From Nitrospirota bacterium (GTDB lineage Bacteria; Nitrospirota; Thermodesulfovibrionia; Thermodesulfovibrionales; UBA9159): a stretch of 64,000 nt of DNA. The stretch lies in contig CAVOUE010000005.1 in the NCBI GenBank assembly GCA_963699545.1, positions 96,001-160,000 of the forward strand, read 5' to 3'. The notes beneath the pieces are model-generated. The model made no database searches, had not been told where the DNA came from, and saw nothing but the letters and a program-made list of their open reading frames with translations. Below, piece after piece: positions 21,902 through 31,341 of this stretch; the first letter of the stretch is position 1; the number at the start of each line of letters is the position of its first letter. The translations under genes and the position numbers were made by a program.

Positions 21902-22631
21902 CTCGGATATCATGGAGATACTTGCCGGCGTGAAAGCGGGGAAACTTTCTGTCGATCAAGCCGTGGAAAAACTCAAGCATCTGCCTTATGAAGATCTCAC
22001 ATTTGCCAAGGTAGATCACCACAGACATCTGAGACAGGGGATACCCGAGGTGATCTATGCTAAGGGGAAAACGGTATCGGACATAAAGGCGATTGCCGCG
22101 GCGATGTATAAGAACAGCGGCAGGTTTCTCATCACAAAAGCGACCAAAGATATTTATAAAAGCCTGGGCCTTAAGAAAGCGCTCTTTTATCCTTCGTCAG
22201 GCGTGATCGTTGTGGGCGGGAAGAAAAAGGAGGAAAAGGGTCGTGTCCTTGTCCTTTCCGCAGGGACTTCCGATATACCGGTGGCCGAAGAGGCAGCGGT
22301 GACCGCTTCATTCCTCGGCAGTAGCGTCGAGACCGTCTACGATATAGGCGTCGCAGGGATCCACAGGGCACTGGACAGCAGGGGAAAGCTGTCATCCGCA
22401 AGGGTGATCGTCGTGGTTGCAGGCATGGAGGGTGCCCTCCCCTCGGTCATCGGGGGCTTGACGGACAGGCCCATCGTTGCCGTTCCGACGTCCGCAGGGT
22501 ATGGGACGAGTCTCGGCGGCTTAACGGCCCTCTTTGCGATGCTGAACTCCTGTGTGCCCGGCATAGCTGTCATGAATATCGACAACGGTTTCGGCGGCGG
22601 GTGTCTCGCTCATAGGATAAATACCGTATGA
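21894..22631 (+). CDS. larB: Nickel pincer cofactor biosynthesis protein LarB (AIR carboxylase-like)
   Basis: D.HR..RQG.PEVIY..GK, AGTSD.PVAEEA, D.GVAG.HR, AGMEGALPSV, PTS.GYG, NIDNGFG. Confidence 0.95.
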   Translation: MHSSDIMEILAGVKAGKLSVDQAVEKLKHLPYEDLTFAKVDHHRHLRQGIPEVIYAKGKTVSDIKAIAAAMYKNSGRFLITKATKDIYKSLGLKKALFYPSSGVIVVGGKKKEEKGRVLVLSAGTSDIPVAEEAAVTASFLGSSVETVYDIGVAGIHRALDSRGKLSSARVIVVVAGMEGALPSVIGGLTDRPIVAVPTSAGYGTSLGGLTALFAMLNSCVPGIAVMNIDNGFGGGCLAHRINTV

Positions 22632-22701
22632 CACCGTATTACTCCCGGACTTGACGTTCAATAAAAAGAAGACACGAAAAGAGGCGCGTTGGGGAGGAAA
22701 A

Positions 22702-23278
22702 ATGAGTGCGATCAGGTATCCGGAACTGGCGTATTTGATCATTCCTGTACTGCTGGGGCTGGAGTTCTTCATCAGCGCAAAGAATGAGAAGAACGAAAAA
22801 GGAGAGACCCCTCTGGGCTCATATATGCTCGATTTCTTCGGTTTCCTCTTCATGGCGCTGATCCCCGCAATTTTTTTATTCACCATATGGGCGGTGGAGA
22901 ACAAAGGCATTCCCCCTCCAGGACATGACCCTTGCACGGCTTGACCGGTATGCGGTGATCTTCTTTTTCCTGGGTTCCTGGTGGCAGGTGCACATGATCG
23001 CAGCCCTGAGATCGAGAAGACTGAGAGAAGAAGACACGAGGAAATGGTATGTCTGGGCACCCTATCTCATTCTCGGCGTCTTCATATCCTTGCTCATCCT
23101 CTGGGTCTCCCCCTTCCAGCTGAAATGGGTCTCGGTCGCATGGTTCCTGATGGTATTCAGCATACTCCGCATCTCCAGGGCAAAGGCCAAGACCATGGAA
23201 CGCGTGTTCTGGGTCCTCACGGTCTTTTTCTTCATTGTTGAAAATATAATGTTCATCTTTCTCGAAACAGTGGTATAG
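22702..23278 (+). CDS. Hypothetical integral membrane protein (indel ~22912)
   Basis: SD GGAGG; two hydrophobic ORFs (22651-22944 and 22925-23278) join on removing one C from a C run, giving about 6 TM segments. Confidence 0.7.
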
Positions 23279-23302
23279 AGGGTCCTGTCCGGCATGGCAC
23301 GG

Positions 23303-23851
23303 TCAGCGGACCTTAAACAGGATTAACCACTCATCAAAGGTCGCCAGTTTGTCCTTTCCATACGCGGCGATCATCTCCCTCACCTTTTCCGGCGGCTTTT
23401 CATGGAGAAGGTCATGCTCGCTTTTTGAGAAGAATTTATCGGCAAAACAGATGATCTTCTCCTCAATGGAGAGGGGCATCATGTCTCTCAGGGGCAAGGG
23501 GAGGCTATTGTCCTTTATGTCTTGCAGGGTGATCCCCATCCCCACGTGTCTCTCGCAGACAAGGGCATGGCGGGGCAGCCCTTCCTTTTCGAGAAGTTCC
23601 CTTCCGAGATAGCCGTGGCACAGATAATCTCTATACCCGAAGCAGCCCAGCTTCGGAGCGTTGGTGTAGAAGATGCCGATGTCATGGAGTATTGCCGCCT
23701 CTTCTATGAAGCTGACGTCAGGCCCGAGGTGCCTCACTTTTCCTGCGGTTTCCACTGCCTTCCCGGCCACAAGTCTGCTGTGGTGGATAAGAAAATGGTA
23801 TGCCTTTGATCCCGGATCGTAATATTTTTCGATCACTTCAAGCGGGTTCAT
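23303..23851 (-). CDS. HDIG-domain metal-dependent phosphohydrolase
   Basis: HS..V, LHDIG, HG..G, ERH.G.G, ADKFFSK; start overlaps the ATPase stop by 14 nt. Confidence 0.92.
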   Translation of the reverse strand: MNPLEVIEKYYDPGSKAYHFLIHHSRLVAGKAVETAGKVRHLGPDVSFIEEAAILHDIGIFYTNAPKLGCFGYRDYLCHGYLGRELLEKEGLPRHALVCERHVGMGITLQDIKDNSLPLPLRDMMPLSIEEKIICFADKFFSKSEHDLLHEKPPEKVREMIAAYGKDKLATFDEWLILFKVR

Positions 23852-26606
23852 GTGCCGTTCTTGACCTCCGCCATGCCTTCTCCAGTTCGACCGCAAAGAA
23901 TACCACAGATGACGCGGCAAGGGCGAGTGTCAATTCCCCCAGGGAAAGGGGCTGTGTCCTGAAGACAGGATTGAGCGCGGGTATATAGACCACAGCCATC
24001 TGGAAAAGGAAACTTACCACGACAGCACCGAGAAGCGGCTTGTTGGATGAAAGTCCTATGGTGAACAGTGATTCTCTTTCAGATCGTATGGCGAGAACGT
24101 TCCCCAGTTGGGTAAAGCACAGAACAGTGAATACCATGGTCTGCCAATGGACATTGCCGATCCTGATCGACCATGCCTGAATGAACAGGGCAATGCCTGC
24201 CATGAGCGTGCCCACCCAGAGGGCGTGTATCCAGAGCCCGCGGGCAAATATGCTCTCCTGCGGATGCCGCGGCGGCCTTTTCATCACGTCGCCTTCCGGT
24301 GGCTCCACGGCCAGGGCAAGGGCAGGAAGACCATCAGTCATAAGGTTTATCCAGAGGATGTGGATGGGGAGAAGGGGAATGGGCAGACCCACAAGAGGTG
24401 CAAGAAAGAGCGTCCATAGTTCCCCCGAATTTGTTGTGAGAAGGTATTTTACGAACTTCCTTATATTATCGTATATCCTCCTTCCCTCCTTCACCGCCTT
24501 TACAATGGTTGCAAAATTGTCATCGAGAAGTATCATATGAGCAACTTCCTTTGAAACATCTGTCCCTGTAATTCCCATTGCAATGCCGATATCGGCCCTC
24601 TTGAGCGCAGGCGCATCATTCACCCCGTCACCGGTCATTGCGACAAATTGTCCTCTGTCCTGCAGCGCTTTTACTATCTTCAGTTTCTGTTCAGGAGCCA
24701 CCCGTGCATAAACCCTGATGTGCTCGACCCGCTCTTTAAATTCCTCGACCGGCAATTCGGCGAGTTCCCTGCCGGTAATGATCGTTCGCTGGTCATCATC
24801 GAGGATCCCCAGTTTCCTCGCTATTGCCCGCGCTGTCAGGGGATGATCTCCTGTTATCATCACAGGCTTAATTCCTGCAGCCTTACACATTGAGACAGCT
24901 TCCCTGGCCTCTTCTCTCGGAGGGTCCATCAAACCTATGAGGCCCAGGAGAGTGATATCTGCCTCCACATTTTCTGCAGACATATCGTCAGGCAATGCAT
25001 CCCACTTCTTCATCGCAATGCCAAGTACCCTCAGACCATCAGCAGACATACGTTCATTGAGCCGGAGGATTTCCTCTTTATCAAGCGGCTTCAAACCTTC
25101 GGGGGTAAGCATTGACTCCGCCTTTTCGACCAGGACATCAACGGCACCTTTCGTGAAGGAGACGAATGAAAGGGTTTCGGAGGTGCCGGAAGACGGGAGT
25201 TCCGGCGAAAGACCTGAGTTTCGCCCTGAACCCATGATCCTTTCATCCCCTGACCACTTATGGAATGTGGTCATGCACTTTCTCTCGGAGTCGAACGGGA
25301 TTTCAGCCCTTCGCGGGAACTTGTTCTCGAGGGACTCTTTGTCAAAACCCGCGTCCTTAGCAACGGTATATATTGCATTCTCTGTAGGATCACCGATGAG
25401 ATTGCCTGAAGCGTCTGCCTGCGCATCATTGCTTAAGGCGAGAGCCGTCATCAAAGAATGGAACGGTAAATGGGTGTGACGCTGGATAAGTGAATCTGAA
25501 ATCGTCCTCTCTCCGTTTCCCCTTCTCTCCGTTTCACTCCGCATTGCTCCCCACTCCAAGCTCCGAACCAATTGACCGCCTACATAGATCTCTTCCACGG
25601 TCATTTTATTCAAGGTCAAGGTTCCTGTCTTATCGGAACAGATATACGTGACAGAACCGAGGGTTTCCACAGCAGGCAACTTTCTGATGAGCGCGTTCTG
25701 CCTTACCATCTTCCGCGCACCGAGGGCGAGCGCTACCGTTACTACCGCAGGCAAGGCCTCAGGAATGGCAGCTACCGCAAGGGAGATGGCAGTGAGGAGC
25801 ATCAGGAGCGCGGGTTCTCCTCTGACAACGCCGGCACCGAAGACAACGGCGCAGATGACCAGAACAGCAATCGCAAGTTTCTGCCCAAAGGAAGCAAGCC
25901 TCTTCTGGAGAGGCGTTGTTACGTCCTTTTCTGCCTGCAGCATTGCGGCAATTTTGCCGAGTTCTGTATCCATGCCTGTTGCCACAACAACACCTGTTCC
26001 CCGTCCATGGGTCACAAATGTTCCTCTGTATGCCATATTCTTCCTGTCACCAAGTGGTAACATTTCGTCATGTAATGGCTTTGTATGTTTCTCGACAGGC
26101 ACGGATTCACCGGTAAGGGCCGCCTCTTCCATCTTCAACTGCACTGCTTCAAGAAATCGTATGTCAGCAGGGACAACCCTCCCCGCCTCAAGCATCACGA
26201 TATCCCCCGGAACAAGGTCAGCTGCAGAAATATGCGCAGGGAGGCCGCCTCTCCTGACTGTCGCAGTCGGCGCAGCCATTTTCTTAAGAGCAGCCATCGC
26301 CTTTTCAGCCCTGTATTCCTGTATGAAGCCGACGACTGCGTTGAGGACAACGATTACGATTATTGCCAGTGTGTCCGATACCTCGCCTATGAACCCTGAG
26401 ATGACAGCAGCCGCAATCAGCACAAGAATCATGAAGTCTTTGAACTGATTGAGAAAAATCATGAGCGGGGTCTGCTTCTTTGTTTCCTTTAATTCATTGG
26501 GGCCGTGTTCGGCAAGCCTCCTGTGTGCCTCTTCCGTGGACAGGCCGTGAGGAAATGACCTCAGTTCGTGAATGACCTCGTTAGTTTCTCTCTGATGCCA
26601 GTGCAT
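23838..26606 (-). CDS. P2A-type cation-translocating P-type ATPase (Ca2+/Mn2+)
   Basis: LTGES, IPEALP, DKTGTLT, KGA, MITGD, TGDGVNDAPALK, TTNSGE and WINLMTDGLPA. Confidence 0.97.
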   Translation of the reverse strand: MHWHQRETNEVIHELRSFPHGLSTEEAHRRLAEHGPNELKETKKQTPLMIFLNQFKDFMILVLIAAAVISGFIGEVSDTLAIIVIVVLNAVVGFIQEYRAEKAMAALKKMAAPTATVRRGGLPAHISAADLVPGDIVMLEAGRVVPADIRFLEAVQLKMEEAALTGESVPVEKHTKPLHDEMLPLGDRKNMAYRGTFVTHGRGTGVVVATGMDTELGKIAAMLQAEKDVTTPLQKRLASFGQKLAIAVLVICAVVFGAGVVRGEPALLMLLTAISLAVAAIPEALPAVVTVALALGARKMVRQNALIRKLPAVETLGSVTYICSDKTGTLTLNKMTVEEIYVGGQLVRSLEWGAMRSETERRGNGERTISDSLIQRHTHLPFHSLMTALALSNDAQADASGNLIGDPTENAIYTVAKDAGFDKESLENKFPRRAEIPFDSERKCMTTFHKWSGDERIMGSGRNSGLSPELPSSGTSETLSFVSFTKGAVDVLVEKAESMLTPEGLKPLDKEEILRLNERMSADGLRVLGIAMKKWDALPDDMSAENVEADITLLGLIGLMDPPREEAREAVSMCKAAGIKPVMITGDHPLTARAIARKLGILDDDQRTIITGRELAELPVEEFKERVEHIRVYARVAPEQKLKIVKALQDRGQFVAMTGDGVNDAPALKRADIGIAMGITGTDVSKEVAHMILLDDNFATIVKAVKEGRRIYDNIRKFVKYLLTTNSGELWTLFLAPLVGLPIPLLPIHILWINLMTDGLPALALAVEPPEGDVMKRPPRHPQESIFARGLWIHALWVGTLMAGIALFIQAWSIRIGNVHWQTMVFTVLCFTQLGNVLAIRSERESLFTIGLSSNKPLLGAVVVSFLFQMAVVYIPALNPVFRTQPLSLGELTLALAASSVVFFAVELEKAWRRSRTAHEPA

Positions 26607-26814
26607 TCATACCCACCTTTTCAATAGAACACAAGGAGAACCCTGCCCCCGTTGCCGATACGATCTGTCCTCTCAACCACAAAGCACTGCGACGCGTGAA
26701 TACAACCGCACATAAAGAGTTCTTCCCAGATTTGCCGGTGAAAACGGAACATGTCCATTTTACCGTTATCATACCAGACCGCTCATTGCCAAGTCCTCAA
26801 GTTAATCCGCGAAC

Positions 26815-26862
26815 AAAAAAAGACCTTTTGCCACAACAATGCTTCCGTCGCAGCAAAGGTCT
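26815..26862 (-). terminator. Intrinsic terminator forming the riboswitch expression platform
   Basis: Minus-strand AGACCUUUGCUGCGAC-loop-GUUGUGGCAAAAGGUCU followed by a U run; its 5' arm overlaps the 3' strand of aptamer P1. Confidence 0.85.
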
Positions 26863-26957
26863 TGCTTGTTAGGTTATCTAACCGGCGGTACCGGCCTATC
26901 CGCCTCACGCGAACAGACGTCCTGACGATAGCCGCTGATTCAGCTACTCCCCTTTAC
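26855..26957 (-). ncRNA. yybP-ykoY manganese riboswitch aptamer
   Basis: Minus strand reads GUAAAGGGGAGUAGC...AUCGUCAGGAC...GCAAGACCUUU, matching the conserved P1/L1 (AAAGGGGAGUA...GCAAGACCUUU) and L3 (CGUCA) elements; upstream of a P2A ATPase, a known host class. Confidence 0.9.
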
Positions 26958-26964
26958 GCTTGTT

Positions 26965-26993
26965 ACTTTAGCGGGTTTTGCGGACAAAGTCAA
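26965..26993 (-). promoter_or_regulatory. Sigma70-type promoter for the riboswitch/ATPase unit
   Basis: TTGACT (26988-26993), 17 nt spacer, TAAAGT (26965-26970), ending about 7 nt before the aptamer. Confidence 0.75.
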
Positions 26994-27056
26994 TGCGAGT
27001 AACACTCTATGATGCAGAACATATACTTCTCCGTATCCTGCCGTTAAGCTATTTTT

Positions 27057-27509
27057 GTGAAACCGACGGTGCCTGAGACAGGGAGCGTAATAAAACTTGA
27101 CAGGGATATGGCGGTGGTGCTGTTCCGCAGCGGGGAGTCCTGTAAAGGGTGCGGAGCCGCGGCCATCGGCCTTTGCAAAGCATCCGGCTTGACAGCAACG
27201 CTCACGGTGAGGAACACCAAGCATGCACTCATCGGGGACACGGTGACCGTAGCCCTGGATAAGAGTATTCAGAGAAAGGGCTTTCTCCTTGCCTATGGTA
27301 TCCCCATCGTTTTCTTTATCGCGGGCTCACTCCTGGGATATATCTTGAGCAGGCATTATGCGATCCCCTCCCTTGAGGTCATTACCGGCTTTGCCTCCCT
27401 TCTGTTATCAGGCGCATGGTCTCTCCGGAGGCTGAAGAGGCTCGACGGTGCGTCGCTGATGACGATCAAGGAGATCGTGTCCGATCACGCTTACGCCCGC
27501 GAAGACTGA
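27057..27509 (+). CDS. RseC/MucC family protein
   Basis: C.GC.....C motif, GD.V.V, A..YG.P and two TM helices. Confidence 0.88.
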   Translation: MKPTVPETGSVIKLDRDMAVVLFRSGESCKGCGAAAIGLCKASGLTATLTVRNTKHALIGDTVTVALDKSIQRKGFLLAYGIPIVFFIAGSLLGYILSRHYAIPSLEVITGFASLLLSGAWSLRRLKRLDGASLMTIKEIVSDHAYARED

Positions 27510-27932
27510 GCTTGCCCTGTCAGTCGCGTGGTTTCCCCTTCCCGATGTTCAGCCTGGCAGTTGCAGCATCTGTGCAGTCTGCTTTGCCTCCTTCCCCTCA
27601 TGGAGGAACTTCTTCCTACTCAGCTGGATATTCGGACCAATTCGGAGGAAGTTCTGATTAACCTCGGACATCGCTGAAGCAGTGTAGACCCAATTCTCCT
27701 CAGAACTCCGCAGTGTCAGCTCCTTCCTGTACTCTAGCCTCAAGAGATATCGCCGCATAGTGCGTGTTAGTAATAATAATCTGTAATCGAAACCAAAGAC
27801 AATTTTGACAATGATATGGATCGCATTCTTAAATCAACAATTGATTTTCTCATCTCAAAGAAACGGTCTCAATCTGGCTGGCTATTGAATACGCCAGTGC
27901 AGAATCAGGTTCCCGACAATTGGCAATTTGCA

Positions 27933-27962
27933 TTGACAATACATACCTCTTAGGTCTATATT
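27933..27962 (+). promoter_or_regulatory. Probable sigma70 promoter of the outer-membrane barrel gene
   Basis: TTGACA, 18 nt spacer, TATATT. Confidence 0.5.
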
Positions 27963-28007
27963 GTGTCATCTAATGTGGCGTCTTAATTGATAAGCTATTT
28001 GGAAGCT

Positions 28008-28616
28008 ATGAAACAAACCGTGCTTATTTTCAGCATTGTCTTGATTTTTTTTATTCCTTTTCAAGCAGCAGGCCAAGAAAGAAAAAACTATCTTTCGATA
28101 AAATCAGGACTCTATACCTTCACTGGTGGGCTTAGAGAGGCTAACTTTGCCACCGGATTCGACGGGGAAATCGTCTATGGTCGTTATCTCACTCCCAATT
28201 GTGCCGTTGAGATCGGAACGGGTTATTTCCATGATGGGGTGTATAACTGGGTCTTTGCAAACGATATCAAAGGAATACCTGTTATGCTTACAGTAAAGGT
28301 TATTTACCCACTTCACCAAATCGAATTGTTTGCGGGTGGGGGTGGGGCCGTGTATTTCACAGAGCACCAAGGTTTTCTGGTAGATGCCGATGCGGCAAAG
28401 CACTTTAGTGATGGGGACGTTCATGACACTGCTCCTCATAGGAAGGCCACGGTTTTCGGAGGGCATTTCGTTGCCGGTGTAAATTATTCTTTCTCGCCTG
28501 CTTTTTTCTTCGGGATTGAAGGAAAATACATTATCACACAAGCGGCTAATTTCGAGATCTTCCATCCAACTCTGAACGGTTACACGGTAACAGGAAGTTT
28601 CGGATACAGGTTTTAA
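28008..28616 (+). CDS. Small outer-membrane beta-barrel protein (OmpA-TM/OmpW-like)
   Basis: Signal peptide, alternating amphipathic strands, C-terminal G.GYRF BAM signal. Confidence 0.85.
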   Translation: MKQTVLIFSIVLIFFIPFQAAGQERKNYLSIKSGLYTFTGGLREANFATGFDGEIVYGRYLTPNCAVEIGTGYFHDGVYNWVFANDIKGIPVMLTVKVIYPLHQIELFAGGGGAVYFTEHQGFLVDADAAKHFSDGDVHDTAPHRKATVFGGHFVAGVNYSFSPAFFFGIEGKYIITQAANFEIFHPTLNGYTVTGSFGYRF

Positions 28617-28727
28617 TAGAAAGGTCCCAAGAAAATACTATAGATTAGGATAGAATTTCCTCCTATTGAGAACGTTATGATACTCGTCAAATATACCGGT
28701 GACTCATAAGGGTTAAAGGCGATAAAT

Positions 28728-29096
28728 ACGCTTATCTTGCAAGCGGCATCGCGGGTTCTCCTGGCGCTTATTTTAGCGATTGGAGTACTGCGGGGAGACA
28801 AATCTGCATCTGATGGGAGAGGACTCAAGGAAGCATCCCTGAAGTTCATCTCAGGGATAAAAGAGGTCATAAGCGACAAACGGGTTGCAATTACTTCTGC
28901 AGTGGAAGGTCTTCAGAACATGACCATGGGCGCCCTGGAGGCCTTTCTGCCAATCTACGCAGTAAAGGTTGTCGCGGGAATTCTCCTTGCGAGATATGAC
29001 TACTTTCCCTCATTTCTGATCATGTCCTCGGCCCTCATTCTCGCAGTTCCCCTGTTTAGCTTCGGCGTTAAACTTGAACAAAAAGGAGTAGCGTAA
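28728..29096 (+). pseudogene. MFS transporter remnant (5'-truncated, internally deleted)
   Basis: A TM6-like segment, central loop and TM7 motif GALEAFLPIYA are joined directly to final TM-like helices; no proper start or SD. Confidence 0.55.
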
Positions 29097-29163
29097 AGTC
29101 TGTTCGTAGAGTACGCTGTAAAGAGAAGATCCTGTGGGTATGAACGCGTAAAAGGAGGTTGTT

Positions 29164-30000
29164 ATGGATTGTGCTCAATTTTGTCCGATGGGAAAACTTG
29201 AGAAGTTACTGGTAGCCACCGATGGCTCTCAGTTCAGTGAGGGTGCGATCAGGGAAGCGATAAGCTTTGCGAAGAAATGTTCGAGCAAACTTTATGCCTT
29301 GTCCGTACTCGAAACAAACCCCGAATATGAGACCATCGGCTCCGACGTGTTCGAAAAGGAAGAGGCGGAAGTGAGACGTCACCTCGAATCCGTAAGGGCA
29401 AGGGCATCACAGGAAGGGGTTGACTGTGAGGCCATTTTCCTTCATGGTGCCGAGCCTCATCAGCAGATCGTGGACGAGGCCGCAGAGAAGAAAGTTGACA
29501 TGATCGTCATCGGCAGGCGCGGTCGCAAGGGGCTGGAGAAGCTCCTTATGGGGGAAGTTGCTTCAAAAGTCATCGCCCATGCGCCATGCAAGGTTTTGGT
29601 GGTTCCTCGGGCCGCGAAGATCGGCTACAGAACGATCCTGGTCGCCACTGACGGGTCTGAGCACAGCAATGCAGCGGCCAGAGAGGCCACCACCATTGCA
29701 AAGCGCTGCGGGAGCGGCATCATCGCGGTTTCGGCCGTACGGTCGGAGAGCGAGGATCAGGAGGCGCAGGCAAATCTGCACGGGGTTCGTGAGCTGGCTC
29801 AGAAAGAAGGAGTGCCCGTTGAGGCCCTTGCCCCTCTGGGCAGGTCCTACGAGGTGATCGTCGAGACTGCGGGCGGCAGGGGTGTGGACCTGATCGTCAT
29901 GGGAACGTATGGGAAAACAGGATTGAAGAGGTTCCTCATGGGAAGTTCAACGGAAAAGGTCATAGGCAATGCAGGCTGCGCAGTGCTTGTGGTGAAGTAG
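29164..30000 (+). CDS. Tandem-domain universal stress protein
   Basis: Two USP domains (LVATDGS; D.IV.G..G..G....L.GS; C.VLVV); SD AAAGGAGG. Confidence 0.96.
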   Translation: MDCAQFCPMGKLEKLLVATDGSQFSEGAIREAISFAKKCSSKLYALSVLETNPEYETIGSDVFEKEEAEVRRHLESVRARASQEGVDCEAIFLHGAEPHQQIVDEAAEKKVDMIVIGRRGRKGLEKLLMGEVASKVIAHAPCKVLVVPRAAKIGYRTILVATDGSEHSNAAAREATTIAKRCGSGIIAVSAVRSESEDQEAQANLHGVRELAQKEGVPVEALAPLGRSYEVIVETAGGRGVDLIVMGTYGKTGLKRFLMGSSTEKVIGNAGCAVLVVK

Positions 30001-30031
30001 AGGCGTCACAGGGACGGGCCAATCTCACCGG

Positions 30032-30700
30032 TCACTTCAGCAGCTTCAGGGCGTTTAACGCTTCTTGCCGTATCAGGGGGTCGGCATCATTGAAAGCGAC
30101 CTTTTTCATAAGGGGGATCGTATCGAGGTCGCCCATCTCCCCTAGCGCCCTTACTGCGCTCATCCTTACCGAAAAATGTTTGTCCCCGAGGGCGGAAATG
30201 AGGTAAGGAAGGGCCTCCCTTTCCCCGATCCTTCCCAGCGACTCTATCACAGCCTCTCTCAGATAGAGGGTATCTTCGTTCAGTCTATAGAGAAGGGCAT
30301 CCGCCACTCTCGGATCACCTTTAAAATTTCCCAGGGCAACAATCCCGTTCCATTTCAACGCCGGACATTCATTGGTGAAGAAGGCGTCGGTCACGACCTT
30401 GATCAGGAGATCCGTTGCCAGGGGATTGGCGATATCGCCCAGCAGCCGTATGGCAACGATCTGGAGTTTCCAGTCATCCCTCCGCTCCTCCACGATCCTC
30501 ATGAGGGCGTACACCGTTTGATCGTCAGAGGACCTCCTCAGCTTGTCGACGGCTGATGAATGTTCCAGGGGATTTGCACTCTCAAGTTTTGCGATAAGTG
30601 CCTCGCGCTCTCCGGCCTCAGCGGGACCATACAACAAAACGACAATGAGAGACAAAAAACACATCTCAAGCACTCGTGTCAACAGCCCGCATTTCGTCAT
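30032..30700 (-). CDS. HEAT-repeat protein with probable signal peptide
   Basis: Repeats of R..A..ALG..GD..A...L...L.D; hydrophobic N-terminus ending AEA. Confidence 0.88.
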   Translation of the reverse strand: MTKCGLLTRVLEMCFLSLIVVLLYGPAEAGEREALIAKLESANPLEHSSAVDKLRRSSDDQTVYALMRIVEERRDDWKLQIVAIRLLGDIANPLATDLLIKVVTDAFFTNECPALKWNGIVALGNFKGDPRVADALLYRLNEDTLYLREAVIESLGRIGEREALPYLISALGDKHFSVRMSAVRALGEMGDLDTIPLMKKVAFNDADPLIRQEALNALKLLK

Positions 30701-31341
30701 TCCACAACTCCTCCTTCGTGGGAGATGCGCATCACATTCTTGAACCTCTTCAGGCGGTAGTAGGTCTCCCTCTCCCGCTCGCCGATATACTGCGCAATGC
30801 CCTTTATCTGCCCCCTCAGCTCAGGCAGTATCCTCTCTTCCAGAACCCTTATCCTCCTTGTGGTCTTCAGAATCTCCTCGCCTAGCCTCTTGAGTTTGCT
30901 TTCGAAGGTCGCGATCTCTATCATGGACTCCACGATCTTCTCAAAGAGCGCGATACACTCTTCAAGGTGCGGCGTGGTCGAGAGATAGTCGTAGCCTCTC
31001 TCCCCGGGGGTTCTGAGGGGCGTCTCATGCATGATTACGTCCCTGTACTTCAGCCCCCAGATACTCCTTTCCCTGATCTCGACGCCCATCTCCTTTTTTG
31101 TCACCATGGACAGGGATTCAATGCTCTCCCTGCCCTCGTGACCAAAACTGAGGGCAAGCTCCCCCATGGCCTTGCCATAGGCATTCCTGATGTCCTTACG
31201 CGTCCTCAGGAACGGCAGGGTCGTAGAGAGGAACTCCCTTATCAGCGCCTGCCTTCTCGCCCTGAGGATGCCGACACTGTTGTTTACCGACAGCGCTTTT
31301 TCCTTGAGGAGCAACAGGTTCGTCCTGGTGGGATGTATCAT
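30697..31341 (-). CDS. atpD: V/A-type ATP synthase subunit D
   Basis: PTR.NLL.LK, L...R..L..EF, T.RR..LE..ILP, ERE...RLK. Confidence 0.92.
   Translation of the reverse strand: MIHPTRTNLLLLKEKALSVNNSVGILRARRQALIREFLSTTLPFLRTRKDIRNAYGKAMGELALSFGHEGRESIESLSMVTKKEMGVEIRERSIWGLKYRDVIMHETPLRTPGERGYDYLSTTPHLEECIALFEKIVESMIEIATFESKLKRLGEEILKTTRRIRVLEERILPELRGQIKGIAQYIGERERETYYRLKRFKNVMRISHEGGVVE

Noticed and set aside
700-22930. Programmed ribosomal frameshifting or phase variation in the split genes
   Set aside because: No consistent slippery heptamers or long simple repeats; affected families are not known recoding targets; sequencing error is simpler.
26581-26772. 63-aa ORF between the riboswitch terminator and the ATPase as a leader peptide
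   Set aside because: No SD or recognisable motif; likely incidental, although the long leader remains unexplained.
27549-27758. 69-aa minus-strand ORF faintly like the C-terminal HTH of REP-associated tyrosine transposases
   Set aside because: Resemblance needs frame changes and no HUH/Tyr motif is visible; cannot be supported without a BLASTX search.
27831-27847. FNR box
   Set aside because: Half-sites are in the reverse arrangement (ATCAA-N3-TTGAT) to the FNR consensus TTGAT-N4-ATCAA; kept only as an unassigned palindrome.
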